From Minisyncoccota bacterium (lineage in GTDB: Bacteria; Patescibacteriota; Minisyncoccia; Phycocordibacterales; UBA9973), in NCBI GenBank assembly GCA_031413715.1, contig JANOFO010000010.1:302-64301 (forward strand): a stretch of 64,000 bases of DNA, written 5' to 3'. Position numbers and translations under genes: made by a program. Shown in pieces: positions 28,681-37,400 of the stretch. Under the pieces are notes generated by a model. The model was not told the DNA's origin. It made no database searches and saw only the letters and a program-made list of their open reading frames with translations. Each line of letters begins with the position of its first letter. Position 1 is the stretch's first letter.

Positions 28681-29754
28681 ATGAAATTACATTGTCGTAT
28701 CTGCGGAACACCGATGCAAAAATGGGGCCATACGAGGCAAGGCAAGCCCCGATTTTTTTGTCCAAACTGCAAAAAGACGGCGACTCCCCAGCGTGATGAT
28801 GTCGAGCTTCGACAAACGGTTCATGAGATGAAAAAATGGCTTGGCGGAAAAGAAAGTCTGAGCCACATGGCTGCGCAATCTCATGTTACTCGCCAAGCAT
28901 TATGGAAACGCTTCCACCCTGTTATGGAAGCTGCTTCTATAGAACCTGATATGCCAGACCTGATCAAAACAAAAATGTTGATCGTTGATGGAACATATAT
29001 CCATGGACATACACTCTGTGCTTTGATCGCCGTCGACGAGTTCGACAAGATTTACTGGAAATTTGCATCATATGAATCATGCGCTGTGTGGATGAAATTT
29101 CTATCCTCGTTCGTCGAACCTGAGATCATTATCATGGATGGGCAGAAAGGATTGTTTTTAGCTGCCAAAACTCTATGGCCAAAAGTTGCGATTCAGCGAT
29201 GCCAATTTCATCTTGTCGCATTCGCTATTCAATATATCGGCAGACGCCCAAAAGAAAAAGTTGGTCAAGCGTTAATGGATATCCTCTATACACTCAAAGA
29301 TGCGAAAACAAAAGAGAGTCGTGATTTATGGATACGTTCATATCGAAAATGGGAAGAGACATATGAGATGTTAATTTCAGCGAAGGATACTAATAAGCAG
29401 TACCTTCGTCCTCGATTGCGTGGTGCACGATTAATTATTCGAAGAGCTCTTCCATACCTATTCACATTTCTTGATCATCCGGGATCACCCAATACTACTA
29501 ATTTAGTTGAAGGTTGGATTAATGGCGCTATGGCTGAAGCGTTGCGACTTCATCGAGGATTACGAATTAATGAAAAGAAAACGCTTGCAACCGTCATCCT
29601 TTCTGATCTGATACGCAAAAAGACGAGGGATAAATCTGTGATGGAAAGATTGAAATACGCTGCTCGCGTACGCAATGCACGAAGATTTGGAAAAAGGAAA
29701 TCGAGAAGTAATATAATACAACCTGCACTTGTTAATACAATGAAGTTGTTCTAG
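28681..29754 (+). CDS. DDE transposase with N-terminal zinc ribbon (ISL3/IS256-like catalytic signature)
   Basis: CRICG...CPNC ribbon; LIVDGTY, IIMDGQKG, and WPKVAIQRCQFHL resembling the IS256/ISL3 'P.A..QRC.FH' motif. Confidence 0.55.
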   Translation: MKLHCRICGTPMQKWGHTRQGKPRFFCPNCKKTATPQRDDVELRQTVHEMKKWLGGKESLSHMAAQSHVTRQALWKRFHPVMEAASIEPDMPDLIKTKMLIVDGTYIHGHTLCALIAVDEFDKIYWKFASYESCAVWMKFLSSFVEPEIIIMDGQKGLFLAAKTLWPKVAIQRCQFHLVAFAIQYIGRRPKEKVGQALMDILYTLKDAKTKESRDLWIRSYRKWEETYEMLISAKDTNKQYLRPRLRGARLIIRRALPYLFTFLDHPGSPNTTNLVEGWINGAMAEALRLHRGLRINEKKTLATVILSDLIRKKTRDKSVMERLKYAARVRNARRFGKRKSRSNIIQPALVNTMKLF

Positions 29755-29845
29755 TTTGGGTTAAGTAAACATTAGTGTTGGTTTTTAATTTGGGCGGCAC
29801 GAAATTCAACACAAGTGTTTATTAAAAATATCCTTGTTTAAAAGC

Positions 29846-29875
29846 ACAAAACACCTCTTGAAGAGGTGTTTTGTG
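29846..29875. terminator. stem-loop acaaaacacctctt-gaa-gaggtgttttgt, probably a bidirectional terminator
   Basis: Perfect 13-bp stem flanked by A/T runs. Confidence 0.4.
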
Positions 29876-30298
29876 TGTATCAGGATCTTCTACTTAGGTC
29901 TTCTAAAGAAGCCAGACCATATATTCATTCAAAACAGAGAAAAGTACTTATATATTAAGTATTTTTCTCTATCTTGACCAACACTTTAGTTGACTTAGGC
30001 CTAAGGACTAGATAAAAACAAACTAACTCCAGATTTCTCTGGAGCTGATTTGCCATTATCAATAACCCTACAAAACTATGAACCACATGAAGGGATAAGT
30101 CTGCCGACAACTTACCCCATGTTTAGCATAGAAATTATTTCAAAAGAAGATAAGGCAGGGTAATTTGCGCAATATGCAAACTCTGGAGATTAAGTAATCT
30201 TTTTTAAAGATTTAGATATTTAGGTCTGCCCGATACGGTAATAAAACTTGACAAATAGAAAATAGTTTGTTAGAATGCAAGTAGCCAATTGGTTTTTA

Positions 30299-31345
30299 CT
30301 AATTAATCCACAAACCAAAATAATTTCTTAACCTCATCGATAGCTTGTATGCATTCGCATGAGACAGTACTCCCAGATATGAATGGAGTGTCGCTACTAT
30401 CTTCTCCTTTTCGACCTTTCCTTTCGTGTAATCTTTAATCTTAGCTTCAAACTTTCTAATAACTCGTTTTTTAGTTCTCTTTCGCAGTAAAGTATGATTT
30501 GGGAAAACCACATATCCTAAGAAATCTACTCCTTTTGCGTACGTTAATATCTCAACTTTGTTCGGATGCAGATTCACTCCTAATCTATCTCTCAAAAAAA
30601 CATTCATTGGCTTGATAAGTTTCTCAAGATACTCCTTATCCCTTGAAACAATTATAAAATCATCAGTATATCGGGCATAATAACGAACCTTTAGAATGTG
30701 CTTCATATATTGATCAAACTCATTCATGTATACGTTGGCAAAAAGCTGTGAAGTTAAGTTGCCTATCGGCACTCCTTTCTTCTTGAATAGATCTGATTGC
30801 GTTCCACTGTAGCTTTCAACAAGATTATCTAAAAGCCATAATAAGTCAGCATCCTTAATCCTCCTTCGTAGAATTGACAACAGAATATCATGATCAATCG
30901 AATCAAAGAATTTCCTCACATCGCATTTGAGCGCATAGCATGTCTTGGTATTATTCTTGCTCTCTTTGCGCAGCATTCCTTGAACCACTTCCACTCCTTT
31001 ATGCGATCCCTTGCCAACACGGCAAGAGAATGATTCAGGAATGAAAGTAGGATCAAACACATGATTGATCGTAGACATAATTGCATGATGCAGAACTCTA
31101 TCACGAACAGTCGCTTTGTGAATATGCCGCAGCTTCGGATCGGAGATATAAAATCCGGTATACCCGGAATGCACATACGTTTTAGTTTTTAACTCCCTTG
31201 ATAATTGAAAAATATTATGTTCCAACTCCCTCTCGAATAAAAGGACATCGGGTTTTCTACCTTTACCAACTCTAAATTCCTTCCATGCTTGAAATAGCGT
31301 TTCAGGTTGAACAATCTTATTAAATAAATCTCGATATATAATCAT
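30299..31345 (-). CDS. DGR reverse transcriptase
   Basis: RT motifs present, including KFFDSIDHD and YTDDFIIV (YxDD); the DGR-diagnostic IGNLTSQLFANVY replaces the group-II QGxxxSP motif; start at MIIYRDLFN. Confidence 0.8.
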   Translation of the reverse strand: MIIYRDLFNKIVQPETLFQAWKEFRVGKGRKPDVLLFERELEHNIFQLSRELKTKTYVHSGYTGFYISDPKLRHIHKATVRDRVLHHAIMSTINHVFDPTFIPESFSCRVGKGSHKGVEVVQGMLRKESKNNTKTCYALKCDVRKFFDSIDHDILLSILRRRIKDADLLWLLDNLVESYSGTQSDLFKKKGVPIGNLTSQLFANVYMNEFDQYMKHILKVRYYARYTDDFIIVSRDKEYLEKLIKPMNVFLRDRLGVNLHPNKVEILTYAKGVDFLGYVVFPNHTLLRKRTKKRVIRKFEAKIKDYTKGKVEKEKIVATLHSYLGVLSHANAYKLSMRLRNYFGLWIN

Positions 31346-31696
31346 ATGAATGAAAACGACATACCAGTGCTGAATAAATCGTACGAACTCTACAAGTTGT
31401 TCCACGAATATCGTAAGGTTGTTCCCAAACAAGATCGCTTCACGATTTATGAACGAAGTGAGCATGTCATGCTTGGAACTATAGAACTTCTACTCGAAGC
31501 AAGCTATGGAGACAAAGCGAGGAAGTTGGTAACACTTGAAAAAGTAAGCGTGAAACTCAATGTGCTTCGTTTTCTTATTAGGTTAATGAAAGAAACAAAG
31601 ACATTTGATACCAAGAAATATATAGCACTACAAGCACTCATCGACGAGATCGGTCGCATGACCGGCGGATGGATGCGATCGCTCATAAACAAATAG
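31346..31696 (+). CDS. avd: DGR accessory variability determinant Avd (four-helix-bundle family)
   Basis: 116 aa; YELYKLFHEYRKVVPKQDRFTI...LRFLIRL...LIDEIGRMTGGWMRSL matches the Avd / 23S-IVS four-helix-bundle pattern; divergent from the RT. Confidence 0.65.
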   Translation: MNENDIPVLNKSYELYKLFHEYRKVVPKQDRFTIYERSEHVMLGTIELLLEASYGDKARKLVTLEKVSVKLNVLRFLIRLMKETKTFDTKKYIALQALIDEIGRMTGGWMRSLINK

Positions 31697-31719
31697 AATA
31701 AATAGAAAAGAGAATATTG

Positions 31720-31754
31720 CTACAAAAGGTATCCGAGAGGATACCTTTTGTAGT
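31720..31754. other. 15-bp perfect stem-loop (ctacaaaaggtatcc / ggataccttttgtag) between avd and TR
   Basis: Seen in sequence; lies 3' of TR on the minus strand. Confidence 0.4.
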
Positions 31755-31770
31755 GCAAAAAGAGATACTT

Positions 31771-31888
31771 CGGAGAACCCGGACGCAGAACCGTAATTGG
31801 CATTCGCATTGGACACATCGTTCGCGTCCATCTTAACCTTGTCGTCATTGAAGTTGACGTTCGGAGCATGACCGAAGACACCATCGCC
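31771..31888 (-). repeat. DGR template repeat (TR), 118 bp
   Basis: Aligns to 32272-32389; all 17 mismatches are T on the plus strand (A on the minus strand) in this copy against C/A/G in the other. Confidence 0.8.
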
Positions 31889-32174
31889 ACCCGGAATTTA
31901 CTCCCATCAATCCGAGCCACCAAAAATTGAAACAGTATATCGCATCTGATTCTTTCTTTTGAATTTAATTCGACAACACGCGAGGTGCGTTTGTCTTTGA
32001 TAGGAGTAAGCAGTATCTCATTTACTCGGGTTCGCTCTCGCAAGCCGTAGCCGGCGGGATTCTGACTCGTTTCTCGCAAAGAGAAAGAGTTCGGCGACAG
32101 TCATCCGTAGACGGCTGTGCATGAGCCTATACTCACTGTCACTATAGCAGATTTCAGTAGTAAAAATAGTAAAA

Positions 32175-32205
32175 GGGTTATCCGATTGTGGATAACCCTT
32201 TTTTT
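32175..32205. terminator. hairpin gggttatcc-gattgt-ggataaccc followed by T7, bidirectional terminator between the target gene and TR
   Basis: Perfect 9-bp stem with T-run on the plus side and T-rich sequence on the minus side. Confidence 0.4.
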
Positions 32206-32257
32206 AAAAAATTCGAATTCAAGATTAAAGAAATCAAAAGATCCGAGAACTCAATAT

Positions 32258-33193
32258 TCAAGATCCAATCGCGGAGAACCCGGACGCAGAACCGAAATCG
32301 GCAAACGCATAGGACACACCGTACGCGCCCATCCCAACCTCGCCGTCATGGAAGAAGACGCGCGGAGCATGACCGAAGACACCATCGCCCTTATCACTGT
32401 ACTCATCACCGGGGCAATCAATCCAAAGATCGTTGACATTGCTCAGGCGTTCAGGATGAGTGAAGATTAATGTCAGCACTTCGTATGCGCCGAGGCCAAA
32501 CTCACCGAACATAACTTCCCGGGCTCTTCTGACACTTTTTCCGGCATGATTGATGCCGAACTGAAACGGAACGAGCAGAACTCCACTCGGACGGCCTTGT
32601 GCGATCCATAATGCTTCTGTGTTCTCAGTAAGCTCACTTCCACGGCGATAATATTGCCGGCTCCATTTGCCTTCACGGTAATCTTGGAAATTTCCTCTGG
32701 ATTTTTTAATAAATCCCTGGATACGCTCCATCGGTTTTCCGTAATCCATAGCCGGATCATTTTCATGGTTGGTAAACATGCTTTCATCAAGCACGATTAC
32801 GCCCAGTCCTTCACCGAGGGATTTCTGGGAAACCATAACTTTCTGCTTTTCGGTAAGCGTCCAATTCACTTCCCGTCCCCAATCGTAAAATTGAAGAAGG
32901 GTAATTTGCAAATTAACGGGTTTAGGAACCCGATAGCCGGAAAGATAACCGTAGGCCGAGGTGACCTGCTCTTTGATGTACTTGTCCGGGGTGGCCATGT
33001 CCCGCAGGATTTCTCTGGCAGCTTTTTCCAAACGATTTTTAAAATCACTTGGTTTCATAATGATACGTTGCTGGATCAGATCTCGTGAGAGATTTGATTC
33101 TGTTGTAACCACAGCTTTAACAGCTTGTCTGCCAAATTCTACAATGCTGTCGCGTTGGTCAGGTGTCATGGATGTCATCTTGGTAGTGATCAT
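32258..33193 (-). CDS. DGR target (variable) protein with C-terminal VR, probably a C-type-lectin/FGE-like fold
   Basis: VR occupies the last ~40 codons and ends 12 nt before the stop. Confidence 0.65.
   Translation of the reverse strand: MITTKMTSMTPDQRDSIVEFGRQAVKAVVTTESNLSRDLIQQRIIMKPSDFKNRLEKAAREILRDMATPDKYIKEQVTSAYGYLSGYRVPKPVNLQITLLQFYDWGREVNWTLTEKQKVMVSQKSLGEGLGVIVLDESMFTNHENDPAMDYGKPMERIQGFIKKSRGNFQDYREGKWSRQYYRRGSELTENTEALWIAQGRPSGVLLVPFQFGINHAGKSVRRAREVMFGEFGLGAYEVLTLIFTHPERLSNVNDLWIDCPGDEYSDKGDGVFGHAPRVFFHDGEVGMGAYGVSYAFADFGSASGFSAIGS
32272..32389 (-). repeat. DGR variable repeat (VR)
   Basis: 118-bp near-copy of TR differing only at TR adenines. Confidence 0.8.
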
Positions 33194-33419
33194 CTTGTTT
33201 TAATTTATAAATGAACAAATATCTCAACAACCCTGAGATTTGGGTACTATAAAATAAAGATTACAGTGGTTATATTATATCATATATAAGTCAGATTGTA
33301 AAGCTCATTTAACCTTTAAAATCAAGCCATTTAGAGGAAATAATTACCAACATGTTGCCAACAACTCGAGCCTGGGGCTGCTTTTTAAGCTCCTCGTGCA
33401 CTAAAACCTCGCACGACCG

Positions 33420-33434
33420 TGTGATCCCGGCAGG
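33420..33434. repeat. 15-nt direct repeat of the tRNA-Arg(GCG) 3' end (tgtgatcccggcagg)
   Basis: Identical to 33681-33695. Confidence 0.5.
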
Positions 33435-33682
33435 GTAATCTCGCCTACGGCGCGTGATTGGTGGTTTGTAAACAAACAACACCAATCTTTCGCTTCCTGC
33501 ACGCGACTGAAGCAGTTCAGTCGCTCGGGAACGATTTACTTGTGACTACAAATATTTCCATCTCGTCAGCCGGAAATTTCGCAGCCCGCCCCTCGTGGTT
33601 TTGCGTGGTCGCAAAACATCACTGCGGTCATCACAAAGTGTAAAAGACCTCCGCAGGGAGCTCTTTTTGAATACGCGCTTTG

Positions 33683-33754
33683 TGATCCCGGCAGGAATCG
33701 AACCTGCATCGCAACTTCCGCAAAGTTGCGTCCTATCCATTGAACGACGGGACC
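33683..33754 (-). tRNA. tRNA-Arg (anticodon GCG, unusual for bacteria)
   Basis: Acceptor ggtcccg/cgggatc (one G-U), D-arm gttc-aatggata-ggac, anticodon stem caact/agttg with loop ttgcgga, T-arm gcagg-ttcgatt-cctgc; 72 nt. Confidence 0.55.
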
Positions 33755-33757
33755 AAT

Positions 33758-33997
33758 TTACTTTAACTTATTTTTTAAATATCTTCTCCCTGCGGCACTT
33801 TTCCAATACTTTTCTTTCTTTACAGCTTCTTCTTTTGTCTCACATTGCTCGTGATAGGCAATTTCAAAAGGAATATAGTTCTTGATTGATTTTGTCATTC
33901 CTGAATTATGTTGAGATAATCGTACTTTTAAGTCTTCAGAAAATCCCTTGTAATAGAAATTCTTGATCTTACTTTTCAAAACATAAACATAATACAT
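33758..33997 (-). CDS. small GIY-YIG nuclease domain protein (UPF0213-like)
   Basis: YYVYVLKS...YYKGFSEDLKVRLSQHNSG is a classic GIY-YIG motif; 79 aa. Confidence 0.7.
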   Translation of the reverse strand: MYYVYVLKSKIKNFYYKGFSEDLKVRLSQHNSGMTKSIKNYIPFEIAYHEQCETKEEAVKKEKYWKSAAGRRYLKNKLK

Positions 33998-34003
33998 ATG
34001 TGT

Positions 34004-34070
34004 GTCCTATCCCCGCCCGACTGAACGATCACTCCAGTCGTTCGGGCGGGCATTGAACGACGGGACCAAT
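34004..34070. repeat. duplicated 5' portion of tRNA-Arg(GCG) (9 nt + 19 nt) interrupted by a 39-nt GC-rich hairpin insertion
   Basis: gtcctatcc[ccgcccgactgaacgatcactccagtcgttcgggcgggc]attgaacgacgggaccaat compared with 33730-33757. Confidence 0.5.
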
Positions 34071-34128
34071 ATGGTTTAATCTATCTCAAAAGAAAGATAT
34101 TAGCAAGTTCTTTTATAGACTCTCGCTT

Positions 34129-35403
34129 GTGAATTTGTTAAACTTTTATAGTAAATATATGTACCGATTTGTTGCAATTTTCCGAAGCGAAACAATATAC
34201 TTCAAAGAGCATATTAGCCCTAATGTAAGGCGAGTCTTTACTTCTAATATTTTTAAGTCAATTTCTAGTCCATTAATGACGACATTTCTTAATGCGTTCG
34301 TTTTCCGGGCTAGTGGGACACTTGCTGGCGTAGCAATATATAACGTGGGGCTCTTTGTATGTTTACCGATAGCATTTTATATAAACGGTCTTTTTCTGCG
34401 CCACATAAATATTCGCATAATGCTTGCTTGGGGAGCAATTTTAGGTGGTGGTGCAAGTATCGCATTCGTTTTAGCAGGACCTACGACCATGCTTACAACG
34501 TTCTTATATGGATGTGCTTGGGGTTTAGGTAATGGTTTTTATTGGGCAAATCGTAATTATCTCGAATTTCAAGAGACGATCACATCAATGCGCCAATACT
34601 TTTATGGGCTAATTTTATCGATTACATCAATTGCAAACATCGCAGTTCCATTTATTGCTGGATGGTTTATTGTCATAGGAGAGCGCTTGAATTTATATTC
34701 AACAAAACATGCTTACTGGATAATTTTCGGTTTTTCTTTTATTCTTTTACTGATATGTGGGGCTATCATTCGCAGAGGACAGTTTGATTCACCTGCGCCT
34801 CCTGCTATTTCACGTTTGAGAATACGTCCTTTTTTAAACACTCGTAGACTTCTTTCGATAGCGTCAGGATTCACTGACGGCACAATTTCACTTACTGTGG
34901 TTCTACTTGTGCTTCTTTTGGTTGGAAATGAAGGAATTTTGGGAAGTTTGACGGGATTGGTATCTTTTGCAACTGCCGTTGCTATGTATTTATACGGAAG
35001 ATATGTAAACATAAAATATGAACTTCGAACAATGCTTGTTTCAAGTATTGTTTTTTTCCTAGCAGCAATATGCCTGATTGTTTTACCAGGTATTATAGGG
35101 ATTATGCTATATATTCTTCTGGTTGGAATCTCAACAAACTTTTTTGCGATGTCATCGAGTCCCCTACTCTTTTCCCTCGCTGAAACAGAGATGGGTCAAG
35201 ATAGTACAATGCGCTATTCTTTTATTTTTGACAATGAGCTTTTTCTTAATATCGGAAGGCTTATTGCTATAGGTATTCTTTTTCTATTTTCTTACTTTCA
35301 AACTGAAACATCTACTCTTATTTTCGGATCAGTAGCTATAGCGGGACTGCATCTCTTTATCATGGCGGCCTTTTTTGCACGCAATCAATACTCCCTAAAA
35401 TAG
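34129..35403 (+). CDS. polytopic membrane transporter (MFS-like, ~12 TM)
   Basis: Hydropathy pattern; Gly-rich helices. Confidence 0.45.
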   Translation: MNLLNFYSKYMYRFVAIFRSETIYFKEHISPNVRRVFTSNIFKSISSPLMTTFLNAFVFRASGTLAGVAIYNVGLFVCLPIAFYINGLFLRHINIRIMLAWGAILGGGASIAFVLAGPTTMLTTFLYGCAWGLGNGFYWANRNYLEFQETITSMRQYFYGLILSITSIANIAVPFIAGWFIVIGERLNLYSTKHAYWIIFGFSFILLLICGAIIRRGQFDSPAPPAISRLRIRPFLNTRRLLSIASGFTDGTISLTVVLLVLLLVGNEGILGSLTGLVSFATAVAMYLYGRYVNIKYELRTMLVSSIVFFLAAICLIVLPGIIGIMLYILLVGISTNFFAMSSSPLLFSLAETEMGQDSTMRYSFIFDNELFLNIGRLIAIGILFLFSYFQTETSTLIFGSVAIAGLHLFIMAAFFARNQYSLK

Positions 35404-35498
35404 TATTTATCATGCTAACTTTACTTGTAATACTAAACAAAATTTCTGGCCCGTATTCTGACTACTAAGTAAGAGAGGACATTTTACCCACTTGCATT

Positions 35499-35855
35499 TT
35501 GTATGACATTGTCATACAATATCACTATATGGAAAATAATAATAAAGACTATATTCTGAATATCAGGGTCTCAAAAGAGACCTACAAAAAAGTGAAGGAT
35601 ATGGCTAAAGATAACAGTGAATCTGTCTCGGCTCTAATTCGTAAGGTCCTTAAAGATAGTGAAGAGATTCTTGGAGATATTTTCCCTCATAAAAGTGGTT
35701 GGGATAGCATCAAGACGTTTAGTACAGAAAAAGCTGCACGAGACATTGTTTGCGAAAAAACAGGAAAGAAGGTAAAAAAAGGAAGTCCTGTTGTTGTCGG
35801 TCAAACGTCCTCGGGAAAACGCTACTATTTCGCTCCTGGCCATGAACCACGCTAA
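35499..35855 (+). CDS. ribbon-helix-helix (CopG-like) DNA-binding protein
   Basis: ILNIRVSKETYKKVKDMAKDNSESVSALIRKVL beta-strand/helix pattern; start uncertain (Met1 or Met11). Confidence 0.45.
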   Translation: MYDIVIQYHYMENNNKDYILNIRVSKETYKKVKDMAKDNSESVSALIRKVLKDSEEILGDIFPHKSGWDSIKTFSTEKAARDIVCEKTGKKVKKGSPVVVGQTSSGKRYYFAPGHEPR

Positions 35856-35859
35856 TCAT

Positions 35860-37266
35860 ATGGAAAGAAAAACTTTCAGACGGTGGATTAAAATCATCTC
35901 TGTTATTTCCAAATATTTCTTATTCTACAAGCTCGGGAAACACAGAAAGGATATATTTGGCAAGAGGCTTCGCTATGCTTGCGAAGAACTAGGACCCATA
36001 TTCATAAAGCTTGGGCAGATTTTGAGTACCCGGTATGATGTTCTCAGCAACGAGAACTGTACCGAGCTTCAAAAACTACTCGACCAAGTTGAACCTATCC
36101 CTCTCCAAAAGGTTGAGAATATAATTCAAAAAGATTTCGGGAAGAAATATACAGCATTATTCAAGACTTTCGATACGATACCGCTCGCATCTGCTTCAAT
36201 TGCCCAAGTACACCGAGCGACTTTGCTAAATGGCAAAAAAGTCGCTGTTAAAATACGTCGGCCGGAGGTCAGCGAGCATGTCGAATCAGACATACGTGTT
36301 CTCAAGCAAGTGGTCTCCGCATTAGAACTGTTTTCACCTACCTTGCGTCATGTTGATGGAAAACAAGTTGTCAGTCAGTTGCATGACTGGATATTGGTGG
36401 AGATGAATTTCAAGCAAGAGGTGCAGAATATTAAACAGATGAAAAGCTACCTAGCCCACGCAGCAGAATATACTAATACGTCAGATGAAGAAGCGAACAA
36501 TTTAGTAATTCCAGATGTGTATGAAGAGTACTGCACGGAAAATGTGATCGTCATGGAATTTATCGACGGTGTCCCGCTTTCAAAATTTGAGACAATCAAG
36601 GACAATCCGGAGTATAACATCATGGGATCTGCAAAAGCGATTGCAATGCTCGTTTTACGCCACTGGCTTGTCGCGTGTGACGATGAGTATGTCTTCCACG
36701 CAGACCCTCATCCCGCGAATGTGCTCATATTACCGCATGGCAGGCTCGCTCTTGTGGATTTTGGTCTGATCGGGCATCTATCTCCCGAACAAACGCGACA
36801 CACGGCTGATCTCTTTTTGGCCGTCTATGCGCGCAATCTCGAGCTTTCAATCAAATATGCACTTGCGATTCCGGGTGTCGACCATGAGAAGTACTCAGAG
36901 AAAGTACGTCCCGATATCCAAGCATACCTTCGCAAAACTCCTGCGAAAGGAATCGGCTTTTGGTTCATGGGATTTGTACGCATATTCGTAAAACACAGGG
37001 TGCCAATTCCATATGACATAATCCTCTTTGGCCGCCAGAACACCGTGGGAGATGGATTGATAAGTACAATTCTTCCCGGCAAGACGACTATTGATATCAT
37101 GGGAGAGGAACTTGCGCGAGCGCTCCGTAAAAAAATTGCCCAGAACATATTGGATGTGGATTTCACGCGACTAGCGTATGCTGTTTCCGAGGAGGTGAAA
37201 AATAGCCCAGAGAAAGTTGTTTCAATTCTTGATCGGCTTAGTAAAGACCCGTCTGCGATTTATTAG
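35860..37266 (+). CDS. ABC1/UbiB/AarF-family atypical protein kinase
   Basis: LGPIFIKLGQILSTRYDVL...ASASIAQVHRA...VAVKIRRP; start at MERKTF. Confidence 0.75.
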   Translation: MERKTFRRWIKIISVISKYFLFYKLGKHRKDIFGKRLRYACEELGPIFIKLGQILSTRYDVLSNENCTELQKLLDQVEPIPLQKVENIIQKDFGKKYTALFKTFDTIPLASASIAQVHRATLLNGKKVAVKIRRPEVSEHVESDIRVLKQVVSALELFSPTLRHVDGKQVVSQLHDWILVEMNFKQEVQNIKQMKSYLAHAAEYTNTSDEEANNLVIPDVYEEYCTENVIVMEFIDGVPLSKFETIKDNPEYNIMGSAKAIAMLVLRHWLVACDDEYVFHADPHPANVLILPHGRLALVDFGLIGHLSPEQTRHTADLFLAVYARNLELSIKYALAIPGVDHEKYSEKVRPDIQAYLRKTPAKGIGFWFMGFVRIFVKHRVPIPYDIILFGRQNTVGDGLISTILPGKTTIDIMGEELARALRKKIAQNILDVDFTRLAYAVSEEVKNSPEKVVSILDRLSKDPSAIY

Positions 37267-37400
37267 GATCACACGGTCGTGCTAGTACCAGGAGGTTATT
37301 CTATAAAACTTTTTTCCTCACATTTACACCAAAGAGAATAGGATGGAAGTACGAGCGATGCCAAGGAGAGAGATTTATAAAAATTGCTAGATGCAAATAT

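Noticed and set aside
31343-31348. CATATG (NdeI site) exactly at the junction of divergent RT and avd starts; considered a cloning or assembly artefact
   Set aside because: A 6-bp palindrome supplying ATG on both strands is a natural possibility, and the flanking sequence is continuous. Kept as an architectural oddity, not an artefact.
31720-32079. 119-aa minus-strand ORF covering the TR
   Set aside because: It spans the non-coding template repeat and a hairpin, and its composition is implausible. It is an artefact of the TR being a copy of coding VR sequence.
32251-32439. 62-aa and other overlapping ORFs inside the VR/target gene region (32251-32439, 32473-32790, 32654-33088)
   Set aside because: They are alternative frames of the DGR target gene. 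The long 311-aa frame carries the VR and is the real gene.
33458-33885. Short ORFs overlapping the tRNA-Arg(GCG) locus (33458-33643, 33546-33740, 33595-33885)
   Set aside because: They overlap a tRNA and hairpin-rich non-coding DNA.
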